From assembly GCA_964016885.1 (NCBI GenBank), contig OZ024748.1, forward strand, positions 17,484,001-17,548,000: 64,000 bases of DNA, in the 5' to 3' direction. The stretch is from Eledone cirrhosa (lineage: Eukaryota). Numbering within the stretch: position 1 is the stretch's first letter; every line of letters begins with the position of its first letter. The position numbers were made by a program, and so were the translations under genes. Positions 11,511 to 23,428 of the stretch are shown here, piece after piece. Below the pieces are notes generated by a model, which was not told the DNA's origin, ran no database searches, and saw nothing but the letters and a program-made list of their open reading frames with translations.

Positions 11511-11853
11511 GGAGGCACATGGCTTAGTGGTTAGAGCATTGGCCTTGCAATCGAAAGGTTGTGAGTTCAATTCTCAGACCGGGTGACGTGTTGTTTCCTT
11601 GAGCAAGACACTTTATTTCACATTGCTCCACTTTACTCAGCTGTAGAAATGAGATGATAGGGACTGGGGTCACTAACATTCCACTGCAAAGTGGTTGTGG
11701 AGGTGCCACGCAAAAAAGCACCCAACACTCACTGTAAATGAGGTTGGTGTTAGGAAGGGCATCCAGCTGTAGAAATCAAGCCAAAATCAGTTCCCGTCCC
11801 ACCCTTGCAAGCAGGGAAAAGCGGACGTAAAATGATGATGATGATGATGATGA
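11511..11853 (+). mobile_element. SINE family B
   Basis: Matches 7654-7998. Confidence 0.9.
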
Positions 11854-11855
11854 TT

Positions 11856-11893
<38 letters not shown>

Positions 11894-11934
11894 CAATACA
11901 TATATACAAATATATATATATACATACACACATA

Positions 11935-12210
11935 TCATCATCATCTTTACATTTTACGTCAGCCTCTTCCCTGCTTGCAAGGGTGGGACGGGAATTGATT
12001 TTGGCTTGATTTCTACAGCTGGATGCCCTTCCTAACACCAACCTCATTTACAGTGAGTGCTGGGTGCTTTTTTGCTGTGGCACCTACACGACCACTTTGC
12101 AGTGGAATGATAGGGACCCCAGTCCCTATCATCTCATTTCTACAGCTGAGTAAACTGGAGCAATGTGAAATAAAGTGTCTTGCTCAAGGAAACAACACAT
12201 CACCCGGTCT
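11935..12210 (-). mobile_element. SINE family B, 5' truncated
   Basis: Reverse complement of the family B body and tail. Confidence 0.85.
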
Positions 12211-13313
12211 GATGTATATATTTAGATATGTTTCTTTTATTTGCCACCAGGGCATCAAGAGTGGGACAAGTACAAAGGGGGGAGTTTACACAAAAAGGCG
12301 TCCTCAATAAGGAGGAGGCAATAACAATGTATAAAAATAAAATAAAATATAACAAAAAATAAAGATAGATAGATACAGATTTAAACATACCTCCACAACA
12401 TACACACGTGTGTGTGTGTAATAATGATTTGTAATTTAAGCACAAAGCCTGCAAGTTAGGGAAATGGTAAAGTCGATTATATCAACCCCAGTACTTAACT
12501 GGTACTTTATTTTATCAACCTATGTTTGTGTAATAAGAATATGAATAAATATATCAGGGTTCAAATGAGCGGGAATTACTCTGTGCATGGGCTTAGCAAG
12601 GTGTTCAATGAAATATAATCAATAAAATCAAATCATGGTTTTAAACATCCTGGCAAAATCCTAATCTATATATAAATTTGACTGACTTCAGTCTGTCTAT
12701 CACACAGTGTGAAGGGGATGGTAAAATAACTATAGCAAAACAGCAGCTGGTATTCCATTTCATATGCTGTGTGTGAGTATGTGTGTTTGTGTAAATATAT
12801 ATATGTATGTGTGTGTATGTGTATTTGTGTGAATGTATTTCTGTGAGTGTGTATTTTCGCAAGTGTGTCTGTGTTTGCACAGTTATATTTATATACTCCT
12901 ACATATAAATGTATACATACACACATACACACACATATATATACACAGTGTGTTGAAAAAAATCTTAATTTTGAATGCTACTAGAATTTTCAAAAACCAG
13001 CCAAGAATTCAATGACCATTTCTCTTTTTGATTGATCTGTATACAGTTGAATTTGTTCATTCTTCTTCCAGCCTCCAAGCGAGCAGTCTCAGAACTTCAA
13101 AGAAAGGTCATAGTTTTATGGTCACTGCTGCTTCACAGATGATAGGGAAATGGAAAACCCCCACCACCACCTTTGGTACATGACTGGTCAAATATTGTGT
13201 ACTCATATCTGACTGACCATGGGTTTCTCTCTCTAATGTGTGTCATCTTGATTGCAGAAACTATTAGATTGTATCATATATATCAAATATACACATTATA
13301 TATATATATATAT

Positions 13314-13420
13314 AGTCTGGAACTAGCTGTTCAAATGGCAAGAACTCAGCCATCGGGGTCCAAAATATTGAGTACTCTGGTGAGTAATGTTCTAACCAGT
13401 TTCTTACTGTATCCATTTTG

Positions 13421-13423
<3 letters not shown>
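13314..13423 (+). mobile_element. Diverged family B-related cassette between (TA)n
   Basis: aaa-tggc-aagaactca-gcca-tc-ggggtc followed by tattgagtactctggtg, homologous to 969-1050. Confidence 0.55.
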
Positions 13424-13462
<39 letters not shown>

Positions 13463-13671
13463 CTGAAGGTAGCTAAGATGCTTCCACAGGCAGTATGCCG
13501 GTTGAGCACTCTATGCTCTTACAGAGCAGAGTATGATATAATAGAAAACCAAAAATCAGTGATGCTTCTGAACTCAATTTATTGCCGGTGAAACAATTGT
13601 AACACACATTAAATTGAGTTCAGATGCATCACTGATTTTTGGTTTTCTATTATATATATATATATATTTAT

Positions 13672-14010
13672 GGAGGCACATGGCTTAGTGGTTAGAGCAT
13701 TGGCCTTGCAATCGAAAGATTGTGAGTTCAATTCTCAGACCGGGCGATGTGTTGTTTCCTTGAGCAAGGCACTTTATTTCACATTGCTCCAGTTTACTCA
13801 GCTGTAGAAATGAGATGATAGGGACTGGGATCCCTATCATTCCACTGCAAAGTGGTCGTCGAGGTGCCACGCAAAAAAGCACCCAGCACTCACTGTAAAT
13901 GAGGTTGGTGTTAGGAAGGGCATCCAGCTGTAGAAATCAAACCAGAATCAGTTCCTGTCCCACCCTTGCAAGCAGGGAAAAGTGGACGTAAAATGAAATG
14001 ATGATGATGA
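13672..14010 (+). mobile_element. SINE family B
   Basis: Matches 7654-7998. Confidence 0.9.
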
Positions 14011-14054
14011 AATGATATATAATAATAAAATGTGGAGAGGAGGCATACGAGTTA

Positions 14055-14090
<36 letters not shown>

Positions 14091-14094
<4 letters not shown>

Positions 14095-14813
14095 ACAGGG
14101 AGAAAGAGACGATTATGAGGAAGAAAAATATTTTTTTTCCTTTTTTTGTCTCTCTCTCTTTTTTTTCTGGGTTAGAAAATGATTAAAACGAAATGTTTTA
14201 CTTTGTGTGAAGTGTTAAGGTATTAGTTGATTTATTTATTATTTAACAATGGCATTTATTTATCTATTTATATATTTAATTATTGTCTATTACCGGTTTC
14301 TGCATTTATATGCATTATCAAATGATAGTGAAATGTATTAGTGTGGTGTCGCACATGTTAAACAGAAGGTGCAGAAAGAATAATGTTATATACAAACAAG
14401 GTTTAAGAAGTGAAAAGAAAAAAGAAAAAGGAAAAAAAAAACGTGCATAATGTGGAACGTAAAAAGTCAATGTGGAAGAAAAGTTAATGTTATTTACATT
14501 TTTCCTTTTTCTTTTCACTTGATAAACCTTATTTGTAAATAACATTATTCTTTCTGCACCTTCTGTTTAACATGTGCGACACCACACTAATACATTTCAC
14601 TATCATTTGATAATGCATATAAATGCAGAAACCGGTAATAGACAATAATTAAATATATAAATAGATAAATAAATGCCATTGTTAAATAATAAATAAATCA
14701 ACTAATACCTTAACACTTCACACAAAGTAAAACATTTCGTTTTAATCATTTTCTAACCCAAAAAAAGGAAAAAATATATATTTTTCTTCCTCATAATCGT
14801 CTCTTTCTCCCTG

Positions 14814-14818
<5 letters not shown>
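14091..14818. mobile_element. About 730-bp fold-back element between (TA)n with a U3-A8 HHR-like motif in each arm
   Basis: 14091-14434 is inverted to about 14499-14818; TTGATAA-tgcat-ataa-atgca-GAAA-ccgg-TA at 14607-14637. Confidence 0.75.
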
Positions 14819-14860
<42 letters not shown>

Positions 14861-15266
14861 GAAAAGAATCACTTCATTTTTATTTCTGAACAATTTAATT
14901 TCATTTTATAATATTATAATTTTACAATTTGGTTTTGTAGATCGAGTAAGTTCTTTGTTAACTTCGGTGGGAAGATTTTAAAAAGATTCCTGGTTAACTT
15001 TCCTGTAGAACTTTCTCGCATTCATCATATAGAAGATTATTTGTCACTAATATTGGCTACTATTTAATTGTTGAGTTGATAGATGGGTTATATGTGATTT
15101 ATTTCTAACATAATTTTATACCCAGCACATTGTCCATGATATACAAATATTTATTTAGTTGGCTAATCTACACATGCATGTAATTTTATACACCATGTTA
15201 GGTTAGTATAGATTTATTCCATTTACTAACAGGAAAATATTGTTTTACTCTTTAAAAAAAAACCCG

Positions 15267-15351
15267 CTGATGAGATTGTCTTCTTCCAGTGTTGCTTGTT
15301 TTAATCTATTGAGATAGTCAATGTTGTTTGTTGACAATTGAAACTGCAGTT
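15267..15351 (+). ncRNA. Hammerhead core with long stem II; stem I 3' strand lost
   Basis: CTGATGA-gattgtc...gacaatt-GAAA-C-tgca-G-TT; palindromic stem III ACTGCAGT. Confidence 0.6.
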
Positions 15352-16064
15352 ATTACTGGCACTCCATCGGTTATGATGACAAATTGTTCCAGTTGATCCA
15401 ATCAACAGAACAGTCTACTCATGAAATTAACGCGCATAACCATAAGGCAGTTCTCAGGGAAATTCGACATGACGTAGAATGTGACAAGGCTGGTTAGCTT
15501 GAATGCAGTAAAGATGGGATTAATGGTAAAGCTGTCTTAATTTAGTTTGCTTTACTAGGAATCTACCTGTCAGTAACTTTGTATATGTTATTATGTAACC
15601 TTTCATCCTTACGGGGTCGATAAAATAAAGTACCAGTAATGCACTGGGTAATTGCTGGCCTTGTGCCTAAAGTAGAAACAATTATGTATATATATATTAT
15701 ACATATATAAAGTCTGTGATCCTGAGACTGGGGAGACCACAAATCGAGGTAGTACCCTCTATCATATGTATCTATTGAGTTGAGAAATTTACTCTCATTT
15801 TTTTGGCATCACTCCACTGCTTTATTTAATCTCGCATAGGAGGCTAGCTAAATCTGCATAGGTTTCAGTTGTAATAACAACAATATGATATGACTGGGAG
15901 GTCCTTGTCTTTAAAACACTCTTGAAACCTTCTATTGGATTGTCAAGTATGAAATTTGTAGAAATTTGTTTTTTTCTACAAATTTCATACTTGACGATCC
16001 AATATAAGATACAACCTTATACATGTTCAACTATACTTGCATAAGTGTGCGTTACAATAACATA

Positions 16065-16467
16065 CAGGGTGAGTCATAAGTAACCGGGCAGTCCAACATT
16101 TATATACAATTGATAATATTAACATAAAATTCTGGTCATACATTACGAAACAAAACTTGATAAAATATTATATAACCATGGCTGATCACACACAAATAAG
16201 TGGATGTTCAGGGTCTGTGGGGGAGGCCAGCCCGTTGGACACCATTTGTTCACCATACAGAGAGATGGGGAGAGCGAGAGAGATGGAGGCGATGACAATG
16301 GGAGTTCAACTCTTTCATGTTTGGACCATATCCTTGTGGTTATGTTCATTATCTATAGAGTTCACCACTTTGTATAACAATCGCATCGTATATCCATTCT
16401 GTTCACTACTTCTGTGAAACTTGCAATAAAAATCTATTGACTTCCCCGTTACTTATGACTCACCTTG
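16065..16467. mobile_element. Tc1/mariner deletion derivative
   Basis: TA-cagggtgagtcataagtaac ... gttacttatgactcaccttg-TA; internal WPP-like transposase remnant on the minus strand, homologous to 27310-27443. Confidence 0.8.
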
Positions 16468-16516
16468 TATAAGTGTGTATATGATATGATAGGACTGGGG
16501 ACTTCTCTATCGTTAA

Positions 16517-17139
16517 CCCTTTAGCATTCACATTACTCTATATATACTATTATATTTTCATGGTAAATGCTTTATCTCACATAATATCGAATCTATGAGA
16601 TTTTGAAAGTATCTATTTTGAGAACAATACCATAACATCAGTTTGAGCGACCAGTTACAGCCAGTTTCAACAGTAAAAAGTAAAGAATTCTGGCCGGTTT
16701 GGGCCGGTTTGAACATTATAGGGTTAACCCTTTAGCATTTACATGACTCTATATATACTATTGTATTTTTGTGGTAAAGGCTTTATTTTACATAATTATC
16801 TCACATAATATCGAATCGATGAGATTTTGATATTATTTATTTTGAGACCTTAACTACAGTATGTGTGGCCAGTTACAGCCAGTTTGAACAGAAAGGGTGA
16901 GAGAATTCTGACCAGATATGGCTGGTTTAACCCTTTAACATTTAAACCGGCCATATCCGGCCAGAATTCTCTCACCTCTTTCTATCCAGGTTGGTCGTAA
17001 CTGGCTACTTATACTTATGCTAAGATATTGTTCTCAAAATAAATAATATCAAAATCTCTTAGATTCAATATTATGTGAGATAAAGTGTTTACGATGAAAA
17101 ATACAATAGTATATATAGTGTAATGTAAATGCTAAAGGG
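16517..17139. mobile_element. Three adjoining piggyBac-type MITEs
   Basis: TTAA at 16513, 16724, 16927 and 17140; third copy inverted. Confidence 0.85.
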
Positions 17140-17476
17140 TTAAAATACCCACGAAACTTCTGAAGCGATTCAATCTATTTGGAGACCAGTTAAACTCGCC
17201 AAAATGTGAGCTGTAAATTTTACATTTGTTTTATCTTCTCATTTCAAGAAACCCACCAAGGGAGAGAACTCAAAACCACATGATTGACAGTAGTATGTTA
17301 TACTTTATCACCTCAGCCTGCTGGGGTGGGGGGAGGAGGAATGGAGAGGGGGGAGATACAATAAACAAGGAAGAATAAAATATAAAAACTCAGAAAGAAA
17401 TTGAAAAAAAAATGGCAGAACCTGAAAAGAAAGTAGAACGAAATGTAACTTTACTTTTGAAAATTTGAATATGCAT

Positions 17477-17545
<69 letters not shown>

Positions 17546-18119
17546 CACACACATGTATGTCTGTGTGTTGATATATATATGCACACATACATATATGTAT
17601 GTGTGTGTGTGTCTGTGTCTTGATATATATATGTATACATATATATATATAGAATATATATATATATATATATCACATATATATATATCATATATATGTA
17701 TATATCACATGTATACATGTATATATAAATATGTATAATATACATATATATATCACATATATATATATGTATAATATACATATATATATCACATATATAT
17801 ATCTTATATATATATCATATATATATATATATCACATATATATATCTTATATATATATGATATATATATCATATATATATATATCATATATCTATATCAC
17901 ATATATATACATGTGATATATATATTTGTAATAAGTGTAAGCAACATCTTTGATGTAGCAATCAGAACAGAATTCAATAGTTTTTTCTTCCAGTCTTTCT
18001 GGAGAAAATGGTAAAAAAAAAATGAAATAATATAAAAAATATACAAACTAAATAAAATGAAAATTGAAGTAAAAAGTAAATTAAATATAAAATCTTTTGA
18101 AGAAAAATAAATATCTCAA

Positions 18120-19670
18120 GATTTGTCTTTGTTGTTAGTGTTGTTGTTGTTGGTGGTGTTGGGTGTTGTTGTTGGTGTTGTTGTTGTTGGTAGTGGTGGT
18201 GGTGGTGGTGTTGGTGTTGGTATTGTTGTTGGTGGTGGTGGTGTTTTGGTGGTGGTGGTGGTGGGTGGTGGTGTTGTTGTTGGTGTTGTTGGTGGTGTTG
18301 GTCGTTGTGGTTGTGATGTTGGTGTTGTTGTTGGTGGTGGTGGTGTCATTGTTGTTCGTGGTGGTTAGGGTGATGGTGGTGTTGTTCTTGGTGGTGTTGT
18401 TGATGGTAGTGTTGTTTTGGTGTTGGTGTTGTTGTTGTTGTTGGTGGTGTTGTTGCTGTTGTTTTTGTTAGTGATGTTGGTGGTGTTGATGTTGGTGGTG
18501 TTGTTATTGTTGGTGGTGTTGATGTTAGTGGTGCTGTTGTTGGTGGTGTTGATGTTGGTGGTGATGGTGTTGGTGGTGTTGTTGGTGGTGTTATTGTTAG
18601 TGGTGTTGATGTTAGTGGTGCTGTTGTTGGTGGTGTTGATGTTGGTGGTGATGTTGGTGTTGATGTTGGTGGTGGTGGTGTTGTTGGTGGGGCTGTTGTT
18701 GGTGGTGTTGATGTTGGTGGTGATGTTGGTGGTGGTGTTGTTGTTGGTGGTGATGTTGTTGGTGATGTTGGTGGTGATGTTGGTGTTGATGTTGGTGGTG
18801 TTGATTTTGGTGGTGGTGTTGTTGTTGGTGGGGCTGTTGTTGGTGGTGTTGATGTTGGTGGTGATGTTGGTGGTGGTGTTGATGTTGGTGGTGGTGTTGA
18901 TGTTGGTGGTGGTGGTGTTGTTGTTGGTGGTGATGTTGTTGGTGGTGTTGATGTTGGTGGGGCTGTTGTTGGTGATGTTGATGGTGGTGTTGATTTTGGT
19001 GGTGGTGTTGTTGGTAGTGTTGATGATGGTGGTGATGTTGGTGGTGTTCTTGATGTTGGTGGTGGTGTTGTTGTTGGTGGTGGGGATGGTGTTGTTGGTG
19101 GTGGTGTTGGTGGTGTTGTCATTTGTGCTGTGGTGGTGGTGGTGGTCATTGTGTTGTTTATGTTGTTGTTGCTGGTGGTGGTGGTGGTGATGTTGGTGGT
19201 GTTGTTGTTGTTGTACGTGTACTTTACTCTAGTCAGTGTATTTAGTACACTATTGGTGTATTTGGCAATGATACATATGTTGAAAACATGTTATTGCTGA
19301 TATTGGTATTGCTGCTGTTGCTGTTGTTGTTGTCATTGATGTTGTTGATATTGTTGTTGCTGATACTGCTGTTGTTGTTGCTGCTGACATTGTTGTTGTT
19401 GTTGTGGTTGTGGTTGTTCTTGTCATTGATGTTGTTGATATTGTTGTTGCTGATACTGCTGTTGTTGTTGTTGTTGCTGCTGCTGTTGGTGGTGTTGTTG
19501 TTGTTGTTGCTGTTGACAATGTTGCTTTTGTTGTTGTTGTTGCTGTTGTTGTCATTGTTGTTGTTGTTGCTGTTGTTGTCATTGTTACTGCTGTTGTTAT
19601 CATTGATGTTGTTGTTGATGTTGCTGTTTTTACTGCTGCTGTTGTATTTGTTGTTACTGGCATTGTTATA
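18120..19670. repeat. (GGT/GTT/GAT)n low-complexity trinucleotide tract
   Basis: Direct inspection. Confidence 0.9.
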
Positions 19671-19835
19671 GTCATATCACTTGTGTATGTTATTGTTTAC
19701 CAGTAATGCGCTGGGTAATTGCTGGCCTTGTGCCAAAAGTAGAAACAATTATTATTACTAATACTTCGGCCATTGTGGCCAATAAATGAAACAATTATAA
19801 ATATTAATACTACCTTTACAGGGTATCATTGAATT

Positions 19836-20013
19836 GGCAGTATCGGTAGAGGGTCTGACGCCATGCTTTGACGCATAGAGTTACGGCCCTTGCCATTCTG
19901 AGTTCAAATCCCGCCGAGGTTAACTTTGCCTTTCATCCTTACGGGGTCGATACAATAAAGTACCAGTAATGCACTGGGATAATTGCTGGCCTTGTGCCTA
20001 AAGTAGAAACAAT
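19836..20013 (+). mobile_element. SINE family A
   Basis: Matches 6716-6883. Confidence 0.85.
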
Positions 20014-20175
20014 TGTTGTTGATGTTGTTCTTTTCAATGTTGTTTTGTCACCCAATTACCTTTATCTTTATTGTTGTTGTTATTATTGCAGGTGTATGTT
20101 ATTGTTATTCTTGTCGTTACCATTGTATTCTTCGGTTGTTCTTGTTGTTATTGTCACCCAATTATTAATATTATT

Positions 20176-20395
20176 GGCAGTATCGGTAGAGCGTCGGACA
20201 TCCTATTTCGTGGCATAGAGTTACGGCCCTTTGCGTTCTGGGTTCAAATCCCACCGAGGTTAACTTTGCCTTTCGTCCTCACAGAGTCGATAAAATAAAG
20301 TACCAGTAACGTACTGGGGTCGATTTAACCAATTCGACTTTCCCCTCCTTCCCTTCAAATTGCTGGCCTTGTGCCAAAAATAAAAACAATTATTA
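20176..20395 (+). mobile_element. SINE family A (long variant)
   Basis: Family A plus a ggggtcgatttaa..ccc insert. Confidence 0.85.
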
Positions 20396-21349
20396 TTTTA
20401 TCAAATCAATTGTGTATGTTATTGGTGTTATTGTTATTATTGTTAGTCCTAAGGTCATTGTTGTTGTTGTTGTTCTTATTGTTGTTGTTATGTTGGTGGT
20501 GGCGGTGTTGGGGGTGGGGGGGGGGGTCTTGTTAGTTTCTATATCAGTGATGTTATGGCTGTTGGCTATTTTCATCCAACTGACATAATTTCCACATAAA
20601 GTTATATTTAGTGAAAGTCTACAACACTGGGAAAAACAACTTCACAAACACTCACCAAAAAAAAACAACTTTTTATCAAAACCTTTGAAAATAATTTTCT
20701 CCAAAAGAAGTAAAAAAAAAAATTAAGCAACATATTTTTTCCCCTTCAACAACAATAATAACGATAATGATGACAATTATGATGGTGGTGGTGGTGGTGG
20801 TGGTGATGGTGGTGGCGGTGGTGATGGTGGTGATGGTGGTGTTGGTGGTGGTAGTGTGGTGGTGGTGTGGTGGTGTGGTGGTGATGGTGGTGGTTGTGGT
20901 GGTGGTGGTAGTAGTGTGATGGTGGTGGTGGTGGTGGTGGTAGTGATGGTGGTGGTGATGATGGTGGTAGTGATGATGGTGGTAGTAATAGATATGGTGA
21001 TGATGATGGTGATTGCATTGGTTTTGGAGATGATGTTGATGATGATGATGATTGTGATTGTGATGATGATTGCGTTGGTCTTGAAGGTGATGATAATAAT
21101 AACAACAATAATAATAACAACAATAATAATAATAATAATAGGTAAATTAGGTATATTTGAAGTTCTGTGTAGAATTTCCAGTTGATTGTGTTATGTTCGT
21201 TGGTAAACAGACCGTGACTCTGCTAAGCTAAAATGGTGGCATTAGTGTTCCACTGGATGACGGTCAGCCAATAGGAATCACTGACAGTTCATACCATCTG
21301 TGTTTATGTCAGTTGTCAATTCTTCCCTCTCTCTGTCTGCGTGTATGTG

Positions 21350-21398
<49 letters not shown>

Positions 21399-21527
21399 TT
21401 ATATATATATATATATAGTAATAATAATAAATTTGAAGACTAAAATCCAAAGAGGGCTCGATAAGGATAAATATATATCAAATATATAAGAACCCTAGAG
21501 CAAATATTTATTAAAATAACAGGTTTA

Positions 21528-21578
21528 AGTTTAAGCAAAGAATCGCTGCTTTCATCCTTTACGGAATCTTCTGAAACT
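21528..21578 (-). ncRNA. Hammerhead (family D) in the PLE terminal repeat; core CAGAAGA (U4 to A)
   Basis: Minus strand: agttt-CAGAAGA-ttcc-gtaaa-gga-t-GAAA-gca-gcgattctt-tgc-TT-aaact. Confidence 0.65.
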
Positions 21579-22496
21579 AAAAAAAATCAATCTGTGAATG
21601 CAGAAGTAAATATTTTGAAAAACGTTGCAACCGAAGGAAGACAGGAAGATGATACTTTGGTTCGTGGAGACGTTCCCTGACAAAGAACAAAAAAAAACGA
21701 AGATAATACGTCATTATTTGGAGCGGTGAAAACAATTACACGCAAAGACAAAACCACGTTTATGATATAACTGAAGTCGTAGACTAAAATACTATTTAGG
21801 AAACCGAATGATTCTCGGCTTCAGAGTTAAGAATAATGTAAATAAATTACAGAGGTAATTGAAATTAAATAAATACATGCACTCATTCATATACGTACAT
21901 ACACATGCATACGCGAAAACACTCGCCATGGGTATGCAAATACAAGTACGTACACAAAAAAACACACACGCACATACAGAACCTACGCATCGCCTGTACC
22001 CGCACACATACGAACGTATACACCAAACACACAAAAAAAATATATAAAAATATATATATATATGTGTGTGCGTGTATACATATAATTATATAAACATATA
22101 TAAATATACACACATAAATACGTATATAACGCGCGCACACACATACCTATATGTAAATACACATTTGTTCGCAGACGTACGTCAACCAAAACACAAAGTA
22201 CACATATACACACACACCCTACGAACCTGCATACTCACACAGACGCAGGACTCACGTATACACATAACCATATGCACATGTACCAGTATATATAAAATAT
22301 AATATATACGCCTATAACATATACAAGCAAATATACGTACGAGAAAGTATACGTACCTTCACAAAACATACAGGTGATATATACTTACCTATACAAATAA
22401 GTAATGGTATAAACATAACATACTTAGCTACCACATCAAGACGTAAAATATCCGCGTATAGTTCGTGCTATCCGTTGGGGTATAATGTGGGGCCGT

Positions 22497-23040
22497 AATG
22501 TAGGAAGGTTTTGTGCAATTTATGTTTACAAACCGAAATTGCTTCATATTTTTTGTTTAAGGTGTGGTCTTTGGCGTAGAGTATTTCCAGGGCCTCAGCG
22601 GAGCAGGGGTCACATGGTTTTTATTTCCGTTATACGATCTAGCCTTAGCTAGGATCTCCCAGTGTAACTTATATTTGGTGTGGTTGTCTTTTAGACTCCA
22701 GATATAAACTGAAAGTGACGTCATATTCCTTCTTAAAGGGTTAAGAAAAGAATGGGTATGCATGTATAGACGCTGCTTGAATCTATTGGCGGTTGACCTT
22801 ATGTAGGCCTTACGGGACGTGGGTGTTTCAACCTTACATTTGTAGACAATGTTACTAGAGAGACATTTCCCGGATAGGGGGCAGTCAACCCGATTCCTAC
22901 AATTACAGTTAGTACTAGCTACAGGGTTGCGCGTGTTCTTACGGCTAGGTAATTTAGCTAAATTTGAAGCTGTGATGTTATGTGCAAGGTTAGGAGTAGT
23001 AGAGTAAGAAATTTTAATTGTATTTCTATTAAAAATGTTT
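22497..23040 (-). pseudogene. PLE GIY-YIG endonuclease domain (Naiad/Neptune-like), frameshifted
   Basis: IFNRNTIKISYS..CNCRNRVDCPLSGKCLSSNIVYKC..AYIRSTANRFKQRLYMHTHSF..TSLSVYIWSLK..WEIL; after the frameshift CDPCSAEALEI..LNKKYEAISVCKH. Confidence 0.9.
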
Positions 23041-23428
23041 ACGAACGCAGAAACGCGCACACAGAAGCACACAAAAACGCACAAAAAGTGCACAAATCGC
23101 GCACATAAAACGCAAAAAGTGCACATAAACGCGCACAAAATCGCGCACATAAAACGCACAAAAAGTGCACATGAAAGCACACAAAAACACGCACATAAAA
23201 GCGCACAAATGCCCACATAGAAGCGCACAAAACGAACACAGAAACTCGCACATAAAAGCGCACAAAACGCTCACGTAAAATCGCACAAAACGCGCACAAA
23301 AAATGCACATGAAAGTACACAAAAACGCGCACATACAATTACACAAATGCTCACATAAAACGCATAAAGTGCACATGAAAGTGCACAAAAACGCGCACAA
23401 AACGAACGCAGAAACGCGCACACAGAAA
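23041..23428. repeat. Irregular short-period repeat (AAAACGCAC/GCACATAAAA-like) joining Helitron and PLE
   Basis: Bounded by direct copies of acgaacgcagaaacgcgcacacagaa at 23041 and 23402. Confidence 0.85.

Larger units (their letters stand above)
21418..23040 (-). mobile_element. 5'-truncated Penelope-like retroelement (GIY-YIG end, long 3'UTR, HHR-bearing terminal repeat = family D) ending in (TA)n
   Basis: Endonuclease remnant at 22497-23040; terminal 21418-21578 homologous to family D cassettes. Confidence 0.85.

Noticed and set aside
18116-19706. Mucin-like Pro/Thr ORFs
   Set aside because: Trinucleotide low-complexity tract open on both strands with no recognisable domain; an exon cannot be fully excluded
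22497-23040. Selenoprotein-type PLE (UGA at Cys positions)
   Set aside because: Cys positions in this fragment are ordinary Cys codons; no SECIS was identified
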